Assembly: GCA_937900515.1 (NCBI GenBank)
Contig: CALCCU010000165.1
Span: 416-64,415 of the forward strand
Length of the DNA: 64,000 nucleotides
Reading direction: 5' to 3'
DNA from: an uncultured Gammaproteobacteria bacterium
Lineage (GTDB): Bacteria; Pseudomonadota; Gammaproteobacteria; Nitrosococcales; Methylophagaceae
The translations under genes and the position numbers were made by a program. The notes under the pieces are model-generated. The model searched no databases and was not told where the DNA came from. It saw only the letters and a program-made list of their open reading frames with translations. Positions 38,562 to 48,648 of this stretch are shown here, piece by piece (position 1 is the first letter of the stretch; each line of letters begins with the position of its first letter).

Positions 38562-39620
38562 TTAAGCAAAGATTTTATTGAAGGGAACCACCTCACCTGA
38601 CTGAGTCACATCATAACCAGATAAACCTGCGAGTTGTTGTTTATAAGCGTCACTTTTCAGGATTGTAATAATTTGTTGGACAGCAGGACTGTGTGATGAA
38701 GCCTGTGGGACTGCTAGGCAGTAATGTTCCCATACAAGTGGTATAAACTCGAGATTAAACTTCTCAGCCATGGGAGCAATACCAAAGCCGACATCAGCCG
38801 CACCGCTTGCAATCATTGCCGCTACGGCCATATGGGTGAACTCCTCATTGTCATAACCAGTGATTTGTGATGCTGAAATAGCATGCTTTTTGAGTAAGTG
38901 ATCGAAAAGTAAGCGTGTGCCAGAATTAGCTTGGCGGTTAATAAATTGGATATTCTGCTGGCAGAGTGATGCGATGCCTGAAATTTGTTTATCAGTATCT
39001 TTACTGACCATTAAGCCTTGATTACGCTTAACGATATAGATCAGTTGGTGAGAATCAGGAGAGAGAGTAGACAGGTAATGTGAGCTTATTTCTTGTGAGA
39101 AAGGTGCTTCTGGAATATGAAAACCTGCAAGATTACACTGTTGTGAATCTAAAGCTTGAATACAATCCAAGCTACCATGGAAGTGTAAATCTAACCGTAA
39201 GTCAGATTGTTGGTGCATTAAGTCACGTAAAGTGCTGACAGCTAGACCATGACTGGCATATATAGTAGTTCGCTCCTCAGAATGTGTTGAAAGAATAGTT
39301 TCAAGCTCTTGTTTGAATTGCGTTGATACATTATCAAGCTCTGGTGAGAAACGTGCCGTTAATTTCTGATTAGCATTGATAAGTGCCTGCCCCGCCGCTG
39401 ATAAACGTGCGCCTCTACCACGCTCTAGAATCACTAAAGGTTTTTGCAGTCTATCTTGCCACTTATTAAGTAGACCCCAAGCAAAACGGTACGATACGTT
39501 TGCATGCTGTGTGGCTTTTTGTAGTGAGCCATTTAGAACAATACCTTCCAATAATGTAAATAGAATAGGATCGATATCGTGCTTCGCCATTTGCCAGCGA
39601 AGGTTTAATTTAATTTCCAT
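38562..39620 (-). CDS. Transcriptional regulator: ModE-type wHTH fused to a periplasmic-binding-protein-like domain
   Basis: The N-terminus NGSLQKATQHANVSYRFAWGLLNKW...ERGRGARLSAAG is ModE-N-like. The C-terminal ~240 aa look like a type-2 PBP fold (...IYASHGLAV..., ...GAADVGFGI...). The start could be 39620 (MEIK) or 39638. Confidence 0.7.
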   Translation of the reverse strand: MEIKLNLRWQMAKHDIDPILFTLLEGIVLNGSLQKATQHANVSYRFAWGLLNKWQDRLQKPLVILERGRGARLSAAGQALINANQKLTARFSPELDNVSTQFKQELETILSTHSEERTTIYASHGLAVSTLRDLMHQQSDLRLDLHFHGSLDCIQALDSQQCNLAGFHIPEAPFSQEISSHYLSTLSPDSHQLIYIVKRNQGLMVSKDTDKQISGIASLCQQNIQFINRQANSGTRLLFDHLLKKHAISASQITGYDNEEFTHMAVAAMIASGAADVGFGIAPMAEKFNLEFIPLVWEHYCLAVPQASSHSPAVQQIITILKSDAYKQQLAGLSGYDVTQSGEVVPFNKIFA

Positions 39621-39649
39621 ATAAGCATGCCTTAACATATTTTAGTGAA

Positions 39650-39665
39650 GAAGCAATATTGCTTC
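39650..39665. promoter_or_regulatory. Perfect 16-bp palindrome in the regulator/porin divergent intergenic region
   Basis: GAAGCAATATTGCTTC lies 12-30 nt upstream of the regulator start. Possibly an autoregulatory operator. Confidence 0.3.
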
Positions 39666-39840
39666 CATTATTTTCTATAGTTGATTTTAGTCAGTTTTAG
39701 CCTGATTTTATATATGTATATGTAAACATATTTCTATTGGTTTAAACAAGGTTTAGACTTCAGTTATTCACGCTTCTAATATGTCACATGGTTCATATTA
39801 AAGGTGTGCGAATAATTATTAAAAATGGGGAGAGTTAATA

Positions 39841-41190
39841 ATGACAAATTATAAAAAACTACTTGCAGCAACAATACTATCTGCAATGACGACGTCAGCA
39901 TATGCGGGATCTGAAATTGAAACGTTGATTAACATGTTGCATGAAAATGGAATGGTAAGTGATGCACAATTTGGCCGCTTACAAGCTGAATTAAAGCAAA
40001 ACCAAATTCAAGCAACAGAAAAAGCGGCACAAGTAGATAAGCAACTTGCTGAAGCGACTAAACCTTCTGACGTTGAAATTGAAGTGAAAGGTGGCGTGAG
40101 TCTTAAAACTCGCGATGGTAAATTTACAACTAAGTTGGGCGGACGAGTCCAAGCTGATGCAGCAAGCTATAGTGGTGATCCTGATATTGGTAATGGCACA
40201 GAAATTAGACGTGCACGGTTATACTTACAAGGCACTATGTACAATGATTGGGGCTATAAATTACAGTATGATTTTGCAAGTACGGGAGCCAACGGTAAAG
40301 GTATTGCTGATGCTTTTATTACCTATAATGGTTTCGATGACTTACAACTAAAAGTCGGTAACTTTAAAGATCCGTTCAGTTTAGAACAACAAACTAGTTC
40401 TAAATTTGTACTGTTCACAGAGCGATCATTAGCAGGCGCTTTTGCAGCTGGTCGACACATTGGTTCAATGGTAAGCACAAAACAAAAACACTGGTCATTA
40501 GCGGGTGGCGTATTCGGTGATTCCCTCACGGCAACGAATGGCAATAATCACGATCAAGATGAGGGATGGGGCTTAGGGGCGCGAGGAACTTATGCGCCTA
40601 TTAATGAAAAAACTAAACTTGTCCATTTAGGGGTAGGGTTAAATTACCGTGATGCGGGTGGTGCAAATACAGCACGTTTTAAAACGCAAGCTGAGACACA
40701 TATTGGTGGTGTAAATATTCTTGATACAGGCAGTATCTCTGCTGTTTCAGATTACACTAAAGTTGGTTTTGAGCTTGCTTCTGTAGTGGGACCTTTCTCG
40801 GCTCAAGCAGAATATATAACAACATCTGTAAACCGTAATAATGCGACTGATTTAGATTTTGATGGTTGGTATATCCAAACAGGTTACTTCTTGACGGGCG
40901 AATCACGTAATTATAAAAAAGGTGCTTTTGGTGGGGTGAAACCAAAATCTAATGTAGGTGAAGGTGGTATCGGTGCCTGGGAATTAGGGCTTAGATATAG
41001 CACGCTAGATTTGATTGATGCAGATGTTGATGGTGGTGAGGCTGACTCTGTAACCTTAGGTTTAAATTGGTATCCAACACCAACATTACGTTTTTCTGCT
41101 AACTACGTTGATGTCTTAGAAGTAAAAGGTGGAACGTATGCTGATGAAGAATCTCGCGTTTTTCAATTACGTAGCCAATGGGCATTTTAA
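39841..41190 (+). CDS. Anion-selective porin of the OprO/OprP (phosphate-selective porin O/P) type
   Basis: Signal peptide, a short coiled coil, then GGRVQADAASY...IRRARLYLQGTMYNDWGYKLQYDF... and the C-terminal ...FQLRSQWAF, characteristic of Porin_O_P. Confidence 0.8.
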   Translation: MTNYKKLLAATILSAMTTSAYAGSEIETLINMLHENGMVSDAQFGRLQAELKQNQIQATEKAAQVDKQLAEATKPSDVEIEVKGGVSLKTRDGKFTTKLGGRVQADAASYSGDPDIGNGTEIRRARLYLQGTMYNDWGYKLQYDFASTGANGKGIADAFITYNGFDDLQLKVGNFKDPFSLEQQTSSKFVLFTERSLAGAFAAGRHIGSMVSTKQKHWSLAGGVFGDSLTATNGNNHDQDEGWGLGARGTYAPINEKTKLVHLGVGLNYRDAGGANTARFKTQAETHIGGVNILDTGSISAVSDYTKVGFELASVVGPFSAQAEYITTSVNRNNATDLDFDGWYIQTGYFLTGESRNYKKGAFGGVKPKSNVGEGGIGAWELGLRYSTLDLIDADVDGGEADSVTLGLNWYPTPTLRFSANYVDVLEVKGGTYADEESRVFQLRSQWAF

Positions 41191-41220
41191 TAGTTAAATA
41201 TCATTTTAAGGATAAGAATA

Positions 41221-42027
41221 ATGACGTTATTTCAAAAAGTTATAACAATTATGCTGATGTTGGTCATAAGCTCAGCAGTATTCGCGGTTGAGCATTTAAA
41301 ATTATCGACGACAACGAGTACCGATAATTCGGGTTTATTAGCTGTATTACACCCACAATTTGAAGAGAAATACGGTGTAAAGGTCGATGTTATTGCTGTT
41401 GGCACTGGTAAAGCATTGAAGATTGGTAGTAATGGTGATGTGGATGTTGTGTTTGTTCACGCACCTGCTGCTGAACTGAGTTATGTTGAAAGTGGTGATT
41501 TTATTGATCGTAAGGCTGTCATGCATAACGATTTTGTAATTGTTGGGCCAACTGTCGACAAAGCTGGTTTGGCAGGCGCTAAATCAGCCGCTCATGCATT
41601 ACAACTTATTGCTGAAAGTCAGTCAGAGTTTATTTCGCGTGGTGATGACTCAGGGACACATAAAAAAGAAAAGTCATTGTGGTCTGGAGCGGCTATCAAG
41701 CCAGAAGGTCAGTGGTATGTCGCAGCTGGCCAAGGAATGGGAGCTGTATTGAAAATTGCTGATGAAAAACAAGCCTATGCTTTAACTGACCGAGGTACGC
41801 AGATTGCTTATGCCGACAAAATGAACTTGAAAGTGGTATTTGAAGGTGATGAAGTTTTGTTCAACCCTTATCACGTAATGGCTGTTAACCCAGCTAAACA
41901 TCCGCATGTTAAATATGAGTTGGCTTCTCAATATATTGAGTTTGTTACAAGTGCAGAAGGTCAAGCGATCATCGCTGGCTTTCGTAAAGCTAATCAACAA
42001 TTATTCTACCCTGATGCAGTTAAATAA
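41221..42027 (+). CDS. tupA: Tungstate/molybdate-binding periplasmic protein TupA
   Basis: Signal peptide; the canonical TupA anion-binding motifs LSTTTSTDNSGLL and SRGDDSGTH; 268 aa. Confidence 0.8.
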   Translation: MTLFQKVITIMLMLVISSAVFAVEHLKLSTTTSTDNSGLLAVLHPQFEEKYGVKVDVIAVGTGKALKIGSNGDVDVVFVHAPAAELSYVESGDFIDRKAVMHNDFVIVGPTVDKAGLAGAKSAAHALQLIAESQSEFISRGDDSGTHKKEKSLWSGAAIKPEGQWYVAAGQGMGAVLKIADEKQAYALTDRGTQIAYADKMNLKVVFEGDEVLFNPYHVMAVNPAKHPHVKYELASQYIEFVTSAEGQAIIAGFRKANQQLFYPDAVK

Positions 42028-42037
42028 TAAGTTCAAA

Positions 42038-42090
42038 GAGGGTAGGTCATGTTTTGTTCGACCTGCCCTTGTCCGACTTATTTTTTATTA
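42038..42090 (+). terminator. Possible terminator after tupA
   Basis: A 10-bp stem GAGGGTAGGTC...GACCTGCCCT. The T-run begins only about 10 nt after the stem, so this is weak. Confidence 0.3.
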
Positions 42091-42165
42091 ATTGGGCTGG
42101 ACAATTTGGCTCTGTGATATGGTAATATCAAACACCTACAAAATGTGCGTGATTAAAATAAGGAG

Positions 42166-43320
42166 ATGACATTGTTCTACCACAACGATCATTTGCCGGG
42201 ATTGAATTCTCAACTCCCTTTAAAGGCCAAGCTGGCTGAAGTTCACGAGCTTATTCAAACTGATCTTCCTTTCGTTGCCCGGATATCTATGGCGGTCTAT
42301 GACAGTGATACTGGAATGTTAAAAACATTTTTAGAGAGTAATGATAAAGGACACATTGTTTCTTCCTTAGCTAATCATGAGGCACCTATTAAACAGTCAA
42401 CATCCTTAGTCAAAATGATGGAAGAAGGTATTCCACGCGTGATTAATAGTTTGTGCAAACTGCCAGAAATTAAACTTGAGCAAACAAAAAAGGTGATAAA
42501 AGCAGGCTATGTTTCAAGCTATACCAAGCCAGTTTATAAACATGGTGAATTTGTAGGTTTTTTATTTTTTAATTCAAAACATGAAAATGTGTTTGATAAA
42601 CACGCATTACGCCAATTAGATGTGTTTGGTCATATGCTTTCTTTGATGATTTTTTCCGAATTATCGATGATAAAAACAATGACGGCAGCAATGAAGTCGT
42701 CGAATAGACTGACTAGTTTAAGAGACCCTGAAACGGGGGAGCACTTGGAGCGAATGTCTCGATATAGTCGGCTTATTGCTAGTGGCTTAGCCGATAAGTA
42801 CCAACTTTCTGATGAATATATTGAGTGTATATTTATGTTTTCACCTCTTCATGATATTGGAAAAATTGGTATCCCTGACCAGATCTTAATGAAGCCTGGA
42901 AAGTTAGATGAGGAAGAAATGGCGCTGATGAAAACGCATTCAACATTAGGCCGTAAGATTGTTGATGAAATTATTGATGATTTTAATTTAAGCAAAATTC
43001 ATAATATTGATATTGTCCGTCACATTGTTGAGTTTCACCATGAAACACTAGATGGCTCAGGCTATCCAAAAGGTCTAACAGGCGAACAAATTCCACTTGA
43101 AGCGAAGATAGTAGCGGTAGCGGATATTTTTGATGCATTGACGAGTCAAAGGCCATACAAAGAAGCGTGGTCAAATGAAAAGGCATTTGAGCTACTACGT
43201 GATTTGGCAGGTAAAAAGCTCGATCAGGATTGTGTTGATATTTTGCTGGCTAATACTGAAGCCATCCGGCGTATTCAACAACAGTTTAGCGATGCTGAAA
43301 CAGAAGTTCTTGATTCTTAA
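42166..43320 (+). CDS. HD-GYP domain c-di-GMP phosphodiesterase with N-terminal GAF-like sensor
   Basis: HD...HDIGK and HHETLDGSGYP motifs. The N-terminal ~170 aa are a sensor domain. Confidence 0.85.
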   Translation: MTLFYHNDHLPGLNSQLPLKAKLAEVHELIQTDLPFVARISMAVYDSDTGMLKTFLESNDKGHIVSSLANHEAPIKQSTSLVKMMEEGIPRVINSLCKLPEIKLEQTKKVIKAGYVSSYTKPVYKHGEFVGFLFFNSKHENVFDKHALRQLDVFGHMLSLMIFSELSMIKTMTAAMKSSNRLTSLRDPETGEHLERMSRYSRLIASGLADKYQLSDEYIECIFMFSPLHDIGKIGIPDQILMKPGKLDEEEMALMKTHSTLGRKIVDEIIDDFNLSKIHNIDIVRHIVEFHHETLDGSGYPKGLTGEQIPLEAKIVAVADIFDALTSQRPYKEAWSNEKAFELLRDLAGKKLDQDCVDILLANTEAIRRIQQQFSDAETEVLDS

Positions 43321-43344
43321 CTGATCAATGTGTGACTCGAAGAT

Positions 43345-43734
43345 TTATTTCATAACATCATTTGCGATGGTCTGAGTTGACTTCATTGCTCTTTGAGACG
43401 TTTCTTTAATTGAGTCGATGGTTTCGCCTGCGACCTCAACCGTTTTATCACCGGCATCTTTTATCAACTTACTAGAGTCATCAATTAACTCTGATGTGTT
43501 ATCAGTAATTGTACTCGCCACTTCATTGCTGGCTTCTATGGCCTTATTCATGACCTTTCTTGCTTCAACAGATATATCGTTTTTGAGCAAATGGCCAGCT
43601 TCAACTGTACTGTTTTTAATGTCATCAGCATGATCTTGAATAGACTTGTTTGTATGTGAATCAGTATTTTGTTCACAGGCTACAAGCACGAATAGTGATG
43701 CCACTAAAAAAGTGCTTAATGACGAGGTTTTCAT
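43345..43734 (-). CDS. Lipoprotein with helical repeat region, unknown function
   Basis: Lipobox LVAC, followed by a low-complexity amphipathic helical sequence. Confidence 0.5.
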   Translation of the reverse strand: MKTSSLSTFLVASLFVLVACEQNTDSHTNKSIQDHADDIKNSTVEAGHLLKNDISVEARKVMNKAIEASNEVASTITDNTSELIDDSSKLIKDAGDKTVEVAGETIDSIKETSQRAMKSTQTIANDVMK

Positions 43735-43765
43735 TTTATTTCCTTGGTTTGTATTTCTGACGGTT

Positions 43766-44830
43766 CTAACCTTGGTTTAATAGGCTACGTAAATCAATGA
43801 TTGCAGCATTTGCACGTGAAATATACGATCCCATCACGAGAGAATGATTAGCCATAATGCCAAAGCCACTACCATTTAATATTACTGGGCTCCAGACAGT
43901 TTCTTGGCTTGCTTCAAGTTCACGAATAATTTGACGTAAACTGACGAGTGCATTTTTCTTTTCCAGAATATCAGAGAAGTCATGTTCCACTGCTTTTAGT
44001 AGGTGAACCAAAGCCCATGCTGAGCCACGAGTTTCGTAGAAAACATCATCTATTTGACTCCAAGGAGTTTGGGTTAGTACTTCATCGGGAGTAGGTGTTG
44101 ATTGATTTGCTGCTGAATCTCCTGCTAAGTCTGTATTAATACGGATTTGGCCGACACTCGCACTCAATCGCTGTGACAGGCTACCTAAACGCTTTTCAAC
44201 AATAGCTAACCAATCCGCTAAATTGTCGGCACGTGCATAAAACTGGGCATCATTGTTAGAGGGATCACTAAGACGCGCTAAATAGGATTCTAATGCTGCT
44301 ACACCTTTACGATATTCACGTTCAGTTGGAGGAAACATCCATGAATCATTGTTGAAATTAAACTGTGGTTCAGCAATTGATAGATCTGGGTCTTCTAATG
44401 ACTGAGACTGCGAGCGGCTAATATCATTACGTAAGGCGCGAGAAAAATCTCGAATTTGTACTAAAACACCGAACTCCCAGTTTGGAATATTGTCCATCCA
44501 TATCGATGGGGGCATGACGTCATTACTTAAATAGCCACCAGGTTTATCTAATAAGGAACTAGTTAAGGTAATTAGTGTTGCTGTTGAGGTATAGCCTGTT
44601 ACTATTTGTTGTTGTCTGATAGCTGCCATTTCTGTTGCATTATCGCTCGGGTTGAAGTCGCTGGCGGTCTGATCCCACCACAACATCAAAATAAGTAATA
44701 CCAGCACAGTAATGGTAATTAATAGAGTGATAAATTTAACTGTTTTACTGCGAGCATTGGGATCATTAAATGTATCTATGATTGTCCATACAAAGTCTCG
44801 TCCGCGTTCAAATAAGTTTGAAAGTGCCAT
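43766..44830 (-). CDS. DUF2333-like membrane-anchored protein
   Basis: One N-terminal TM helix (FITLLITITVLVLLILMLWW) and a large soluble domain. I remember this pattern as DUF2333. Confidence 0.5.
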   Translation of the reverse strand: MALSNLFERGRDFVWTIIDTFNDPNARSKTVKFITLLITITVLVLLILMLWWDQTASDFNPSDNATEMAAIRQQQIVTGYTSTATLITLTSSLLDKPGGYLSNDVMPPSIWMDNIPNWEFGVLVQIRDFSRALRNDISRSQSQSLEDPDLSIAEPQFNFNNDSWMFPPTEREYRKGVAALESYLARLSDPSNNDAQFYARADNLADWLAIVEKRLGSLSQRLSASVGQIRINTDLAGDSAANQSTPTPDEVLTQTPWSQIDDVFYETRGSAWALVHLLKAVEHDFSDILEKKNALVSLRQIIRELEASQETVWSPVILNGSGFGIMANHSLVMGSYISRANAAIIDLRSLLNQG

Positions 44831-45012
44831 GTTGAATTTATCAAGTCCTGAGCTGTAATTTGAATAATTAACAAACAGATTATTCCCTTAACAGGGCAAT
44901 GGCAATAGAAAATAAGTCAATTAGAATAAAACAAACTTGACTTGTTGTTGCTATGCCCAGAATAATGGCCGGTTATAAAAAAAAATATTGAGAGAGAGGA
45001 CGATTTTTTGTC

Positions 45013-45954
45013 ATGACATTAAGAATCGAGATCGACAATTTAGCCAAGCATTTTGGCGAAATAAAAGCTGTAGATGGTGTGTCATTTTCAGTGAATAAGG
45101 GAGAGGTGTTAGGTTTCCTCGGGCCAAATGGTGCGGGTAAATCGACTACCATGAAAATGGTAACAGGCTTTCTAACCCCGACTAGCGGAACAGTAAGAGT
45201 CTGCGGTCACGATGTTTTAGAAGATCCTATTTCGGTGAAAGCAAACTTAGGTTATCTTCCTGAAGGCGCGCCTGCTTACGCTGATATGACTCCTGATGGC
45301 TTTTTAAGGTTTATTGCTGATGTTCGAGGTTTATCTGGTGCTGCGAAACAATATGCTGTTGAACATGCCGCCGAAAGAGCACAAATTAAACATGTAATGT
45401 TTCAGCCGATTGAAACATTATCTAAAGGTTATAAACGCCGAGTAGGTTTAGCCCAAGCGATTTTGCACAATCCTCCTGTTTTAATTTTAGATGAGCCTAC
45501 TGATGGTTTAGATCCGAACCAAAAACATGAAGTGCGTACGCTTATTAATGAAATGTCTCACGATAAAGCAATTATTATTTCTACCCATATCTTGGAAGAG
45601 GTACATGCTTTATGCCATCGCAATGTATTGATTGCTAATGGTAAGCTGAAATTTGATGGTACGCCGAATGAGCTTGAAGCAATGTCTCGTTATCATAATG
45701 CGGTGTGTGTGGCAGTTGCGAACGTCGACAATGATAAAGTTTTATCTTTCCTTAAAAGCTTAGCCTATATAGCTTCGGTCGAAGAGTTGTCAGGAACTAG
45801 AGGCTTCAGAGTTTATCCTCAACAAGGTAAACAAATTACCGCAGAACTTTCACAATCTATTCGTGACAACAATTGGGACATCAGTTCTCTTCATGCTGAA
45901 AATGGTCGTTTAGATGAAGTATTCAGAACCATCACAATGGGTAGCAACAAATGA
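45013..45954 (+). CDS. ABC transporter ATP-binding protein (ABC-2/GldA-like)
   Basis: Walker A GPNGAGKST, signature LSKGYKRR, Walker B LILDEP. Confidence 0.9.
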   Translation: MTLRIEIDNLAKHFGEIKAVDGVSFSVNKGEVLGFLGPNGAGKSTTMKMVTGFLTPTSGTVRVCGHDVLEDPISVKANLGYLPEGAPAYADMTPDGFLRFIADVRGLSGAAKQYAVEHAAERAQIKHVMFQPIETLSKGYKRRVGLAQAILHNPPVLILDEPTDGLDPNQKHEVRTLINEMSHDKAIIISTHILEEVHALCHRNVLIANGKLKFDGTPNELEAMSRYHNAVCVAVANVDNDKVLSFLKSLAYIASVEELSGTRGFRVYPQQGKQITAELSQSIRDNNWDISSLHAENGRLDEVFRTITMGSNK

Positions 45955-46691
45955 ACATGAGTAATATTTGGTTTATTATGAAGCGTGAGTTGAGTGGCTA
46001 TTTTGCTACGCCAGTCGCTTATGTTTTTATTATTAGTTTTTTATTATTAACAGGGTTTTCAACATTTTTTGTTGGTAATTTCTTTGAGCGTGGAGAAGCT
46101 GATTTATATCCTTTCTTCTCTATTCACCCATGGATTTATGTATTGTTGATTCCTGCTATTTCTATGCGATTATGGTCTGAGGAGCGTAAAAGCGGATCAA
46201 TAGAACTGTTGATGACTCTCCCTGTTTCTGTGTTTGAAGCGGTATTGGGTAAATTCTTTGCTGCCTGGTTATTTACTGGTCTGGCATTATTTTTAAACTT
46301 TCCTTTATGGATCACGGTTAACTATCTTGGTTCTCCAGATAACGGTGTCATCATTACTGGCTTTTTAGGTAGTTTTTTAATGGCTGGTGGCTTTTTAGCT
46401 ATTGGTGCCTGCGTTTCTGCAACAACAAAAAATCAAGTTATTGCGTTTGTATTGAGCTTAATTGTGAGTTTGATTTTTGTGTTGAGTGGCTACGGCATTG
46501 TATTAGACTTTTTTAGTAGTTGGGCACCAAAAGTACTGGTTGATGCAATTAGTTCTTTTAGTTTCTTAACTCACTTTGATGCGATTTCTAAAGGTGTGAT
46601 TGATTTGCGTGATATGTTCTATTTCGCATCTGTCATTTTTGTATGGCTATTTGCGAATGCCATTGTTGTTAATGCACGCAAAGCCGACTAG
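45951..46691 (+). CDS. ABC-2 type permease (GldF-like)
   Basis: Six hydrophobic segments; overlaps the ATPase gene by 4 nt. Confidence 0.8.
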   Translation: MNMSNIWFIMKRELSGYFATPVAYVFIISFLLLTGFSTFFVGNFFERGEADLYPFFSIHPWIYVLLIPAISMRLWSEERKSGSIELLMTLPVSVFEAVLGKFFAAWLFTGLALFLNFPLWITVNYLGSPDNGVIITGFLGSFLMAGGFLAIGACVSATTKNQVIAFVLSLIVSLIFVLSGYGIVLDFFSSWAPKVLVDAISSFSFLTHFDAISKGVIDLRDMFYFASVIFVWLFANAIVVNARKAD

Positions 46692-46704
46692 GAGTTTTTG
46701 ACAG

Positions 46705-48615
46705 ATGAATAAGCAATTATTATCGACAACTGGCTTAGTTTTAGCGGTTATCTTATTTTTATCATTCAATATTGTCACTAATGACAATATGAAATCAGCG
46801 CGAGTTGATTTAACGGAAGATAAGCTTTACACCTTATCAGACGGTACTCTCAATATTCTTGAATCATTAAACGAGCCGCTCACTCTGCGTTTCTATTATT
46901 CAGAATTAGCGGGCCAAGATTTACCCAGTATCAAATCGTATGCTCAACGCGTTCAAGAGTTATTAGAGGAATATCAACGAGCTTCAAACGGTATGATTCG
47001 TTTGATTGTTATTAACCCAACGCGTTTTTCTGATAACGAACAGCGTGCTAAGCAATACGGTTTACAAGGTGTGCCTCTTGAAGGTGGTACGGATCCTTTA
47101 TTCTTCGGTTTGGCTGGCGGTAATTTACTTGATGGAAGGGAAACGATTTCATTTTTCCAACCAGAAAAAGAAGATGTACTGGAATATGACATTACTAAAC
47201 TGATTTACAAACTTTCTAGTGTAGAAAGAAAGTCAGTAGCAGTAATGAGTTCACTTGAAGTAGATGGTAAGCAATATGACCATGCTAAAGGTGAAGCCCC
47301 TGCAGATGGCGATGCCAAGCCTTGGGCTGTGATGGCTGAGCTTCGCCAACTATTTAATGTGTCAGTATTACCTCTTAATGTGAAACGAATTCCATCTAGT
47401 ATTGATGTACTTATGGTCATTCACCCTAAAGAGTTCTCAGATAGCGCTCTATATGCGATTGAGCAATATGTCTTGCGTGGTGGTAAATTAATTACCTTTG
47501 TTGACCCTTATTCTGAAAGTGATATTCCAGAAAAGGATCCTGATAATCCAATGTCAGCTATGTTGAAATCTCGTAGCTCAAATATGCCTACGTTATTTAG
47601 AGCATGGGGCTTTGAGCGTCATGGTGCTGATGTGGTTGCTGATCGTAAAACTGCAATCAAAGTAGATTTTGGTGCCCGTACTAATAATCAGCCTATTGAT
47701 TATGTATTGTGGCAATCGATTCCAGATGATCAGTTGAATAAAGAACAGATGATCACGCAACAATTGAAGAAAGTTGAGATGGCAACTGTAGGTCGGTTTG
47801 TCACATTAGACAATGCGAACACAACGGTAACACCTCTGATTTCTTCAAGTAATGAAGCAATGCTGGTCGATAAGCGTGTTGTACAGTTCCGTAATGATCC
47901 GATGGCATTATTGACTAAGTATCAACCAGGAACATTAAGCTATGATCTCGCTGTAAGAGTTAATGGTAAAGTAAAATCAGTATTCCCTGATGGCGTAGCT
48001 GATGATAGTGGCCAGAAGAGAAAAATATCTGGTCACCTCAATGAATCGAAGCAAGATATTGACGTGATTGCGATTGCAGATGTCGATATGCTGCAAGATC
48101 GTTTTTGGGTGCAATTGCAAGAGTTCTATGGTGAGACAATCGCTTATAGCACATCAAACAATATTGATTTCTTGATTAACTCGATTGATCAGATGTCTGG
48201 TGCTAATGGTTTAATTGGTGTGCGCTCTAGAGCAGGTTTTTCACGTCCATTTGATCGTGTTTTAGATCTTCAACGAGATGCTGAAAAGCGTTATAGAACT
48301 AAAGAACGTGAATTACAAAAAATCTTAAAAGAAACCGAACAGCGTATTGCAAGAATGCAAGTTGAGCGTAGTGGTAGTGATGATCATATTTTAAGTCCTG
48401 AGCAGCAGCAAGAAATTGCTGAGTTGCAAACGATGAAGAATAAAACCGAACAACAGTTACGTGAGGTACAAGGTAATCTACGTCAAGATATTGATAAGTT
48501 AGATACGCAGCTGAAATTCTTCAATATAGGCTTGGTACCACTTTTAGTGGCATTGGTAGCTATTATTACTGGTTGGTTACGAGTTCGTAAACGTACCCAT
48601 GGCCGTAAGCTATAA
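46705..48615 (+). CDS. GldG-family ABC auxiliary protein
   Basis: N- and C-terminal TM anchors, a large periplasmic domain and a C-terminal coiled coil, in the typical ATPase-permease-GldG order. Confidence 0.7.
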   Translation: MNKQLLSTTGLVLAVILFLSFNIVTNDNMKSARVDLTEDKLYTLSDGTLNILESLNEPLTLRFYYSELAGQDLPSIKSYAQRVQELLEEYQRASNGMIRLIVINPTRFSDNEQRAKQYGLQGVPLEGGTDPLFFGLAGGNLLDGRETISFFQPEKEDVLEYDITKLIYKLSSVERKSVAVMSSLEVDGKQYDHAKGEAPADGDAKPWAVMAELRQLFNVSVLPLNVKRIPSSIDVLMVIHPKEFSDSALYAIEQYVLRGGKLITFVDPYSESDIPEKDPDNPMSAMLKSRSSNMPTLFRAWGFERHGADVVADRKTAIKVDFGARTNNQPIDYVLWQSIPDDQLNKEQMITQQLKKVEMATVGRFVTLDNANTTVTPLISSSNEAMLVDKRVVQFRNDPMALLTKYQPGTLSYDLAVRVNGKVKSVFPDGVADDSGQKRKISGHLNESKQDIDVIAIADVDMLQDRFWVQLQEFYGETIAYSTSNNIDFLINSIDQMSGANGLIGVRSRAGFSRPFDRVLDLQRDAEKRYRTKERELQKILKETEQRIARMQVERSGSDDHILSPEQQQEIAELQTMKNKTEQQLREVQGNLRQDIDKLDTQLKFFNIGLVPLLVALVAIITGWLRVRKRTHGRKL

Positions 48616-48648
48616 CATTGAACACTACTCAAAATAGGTTGTAAAAAA

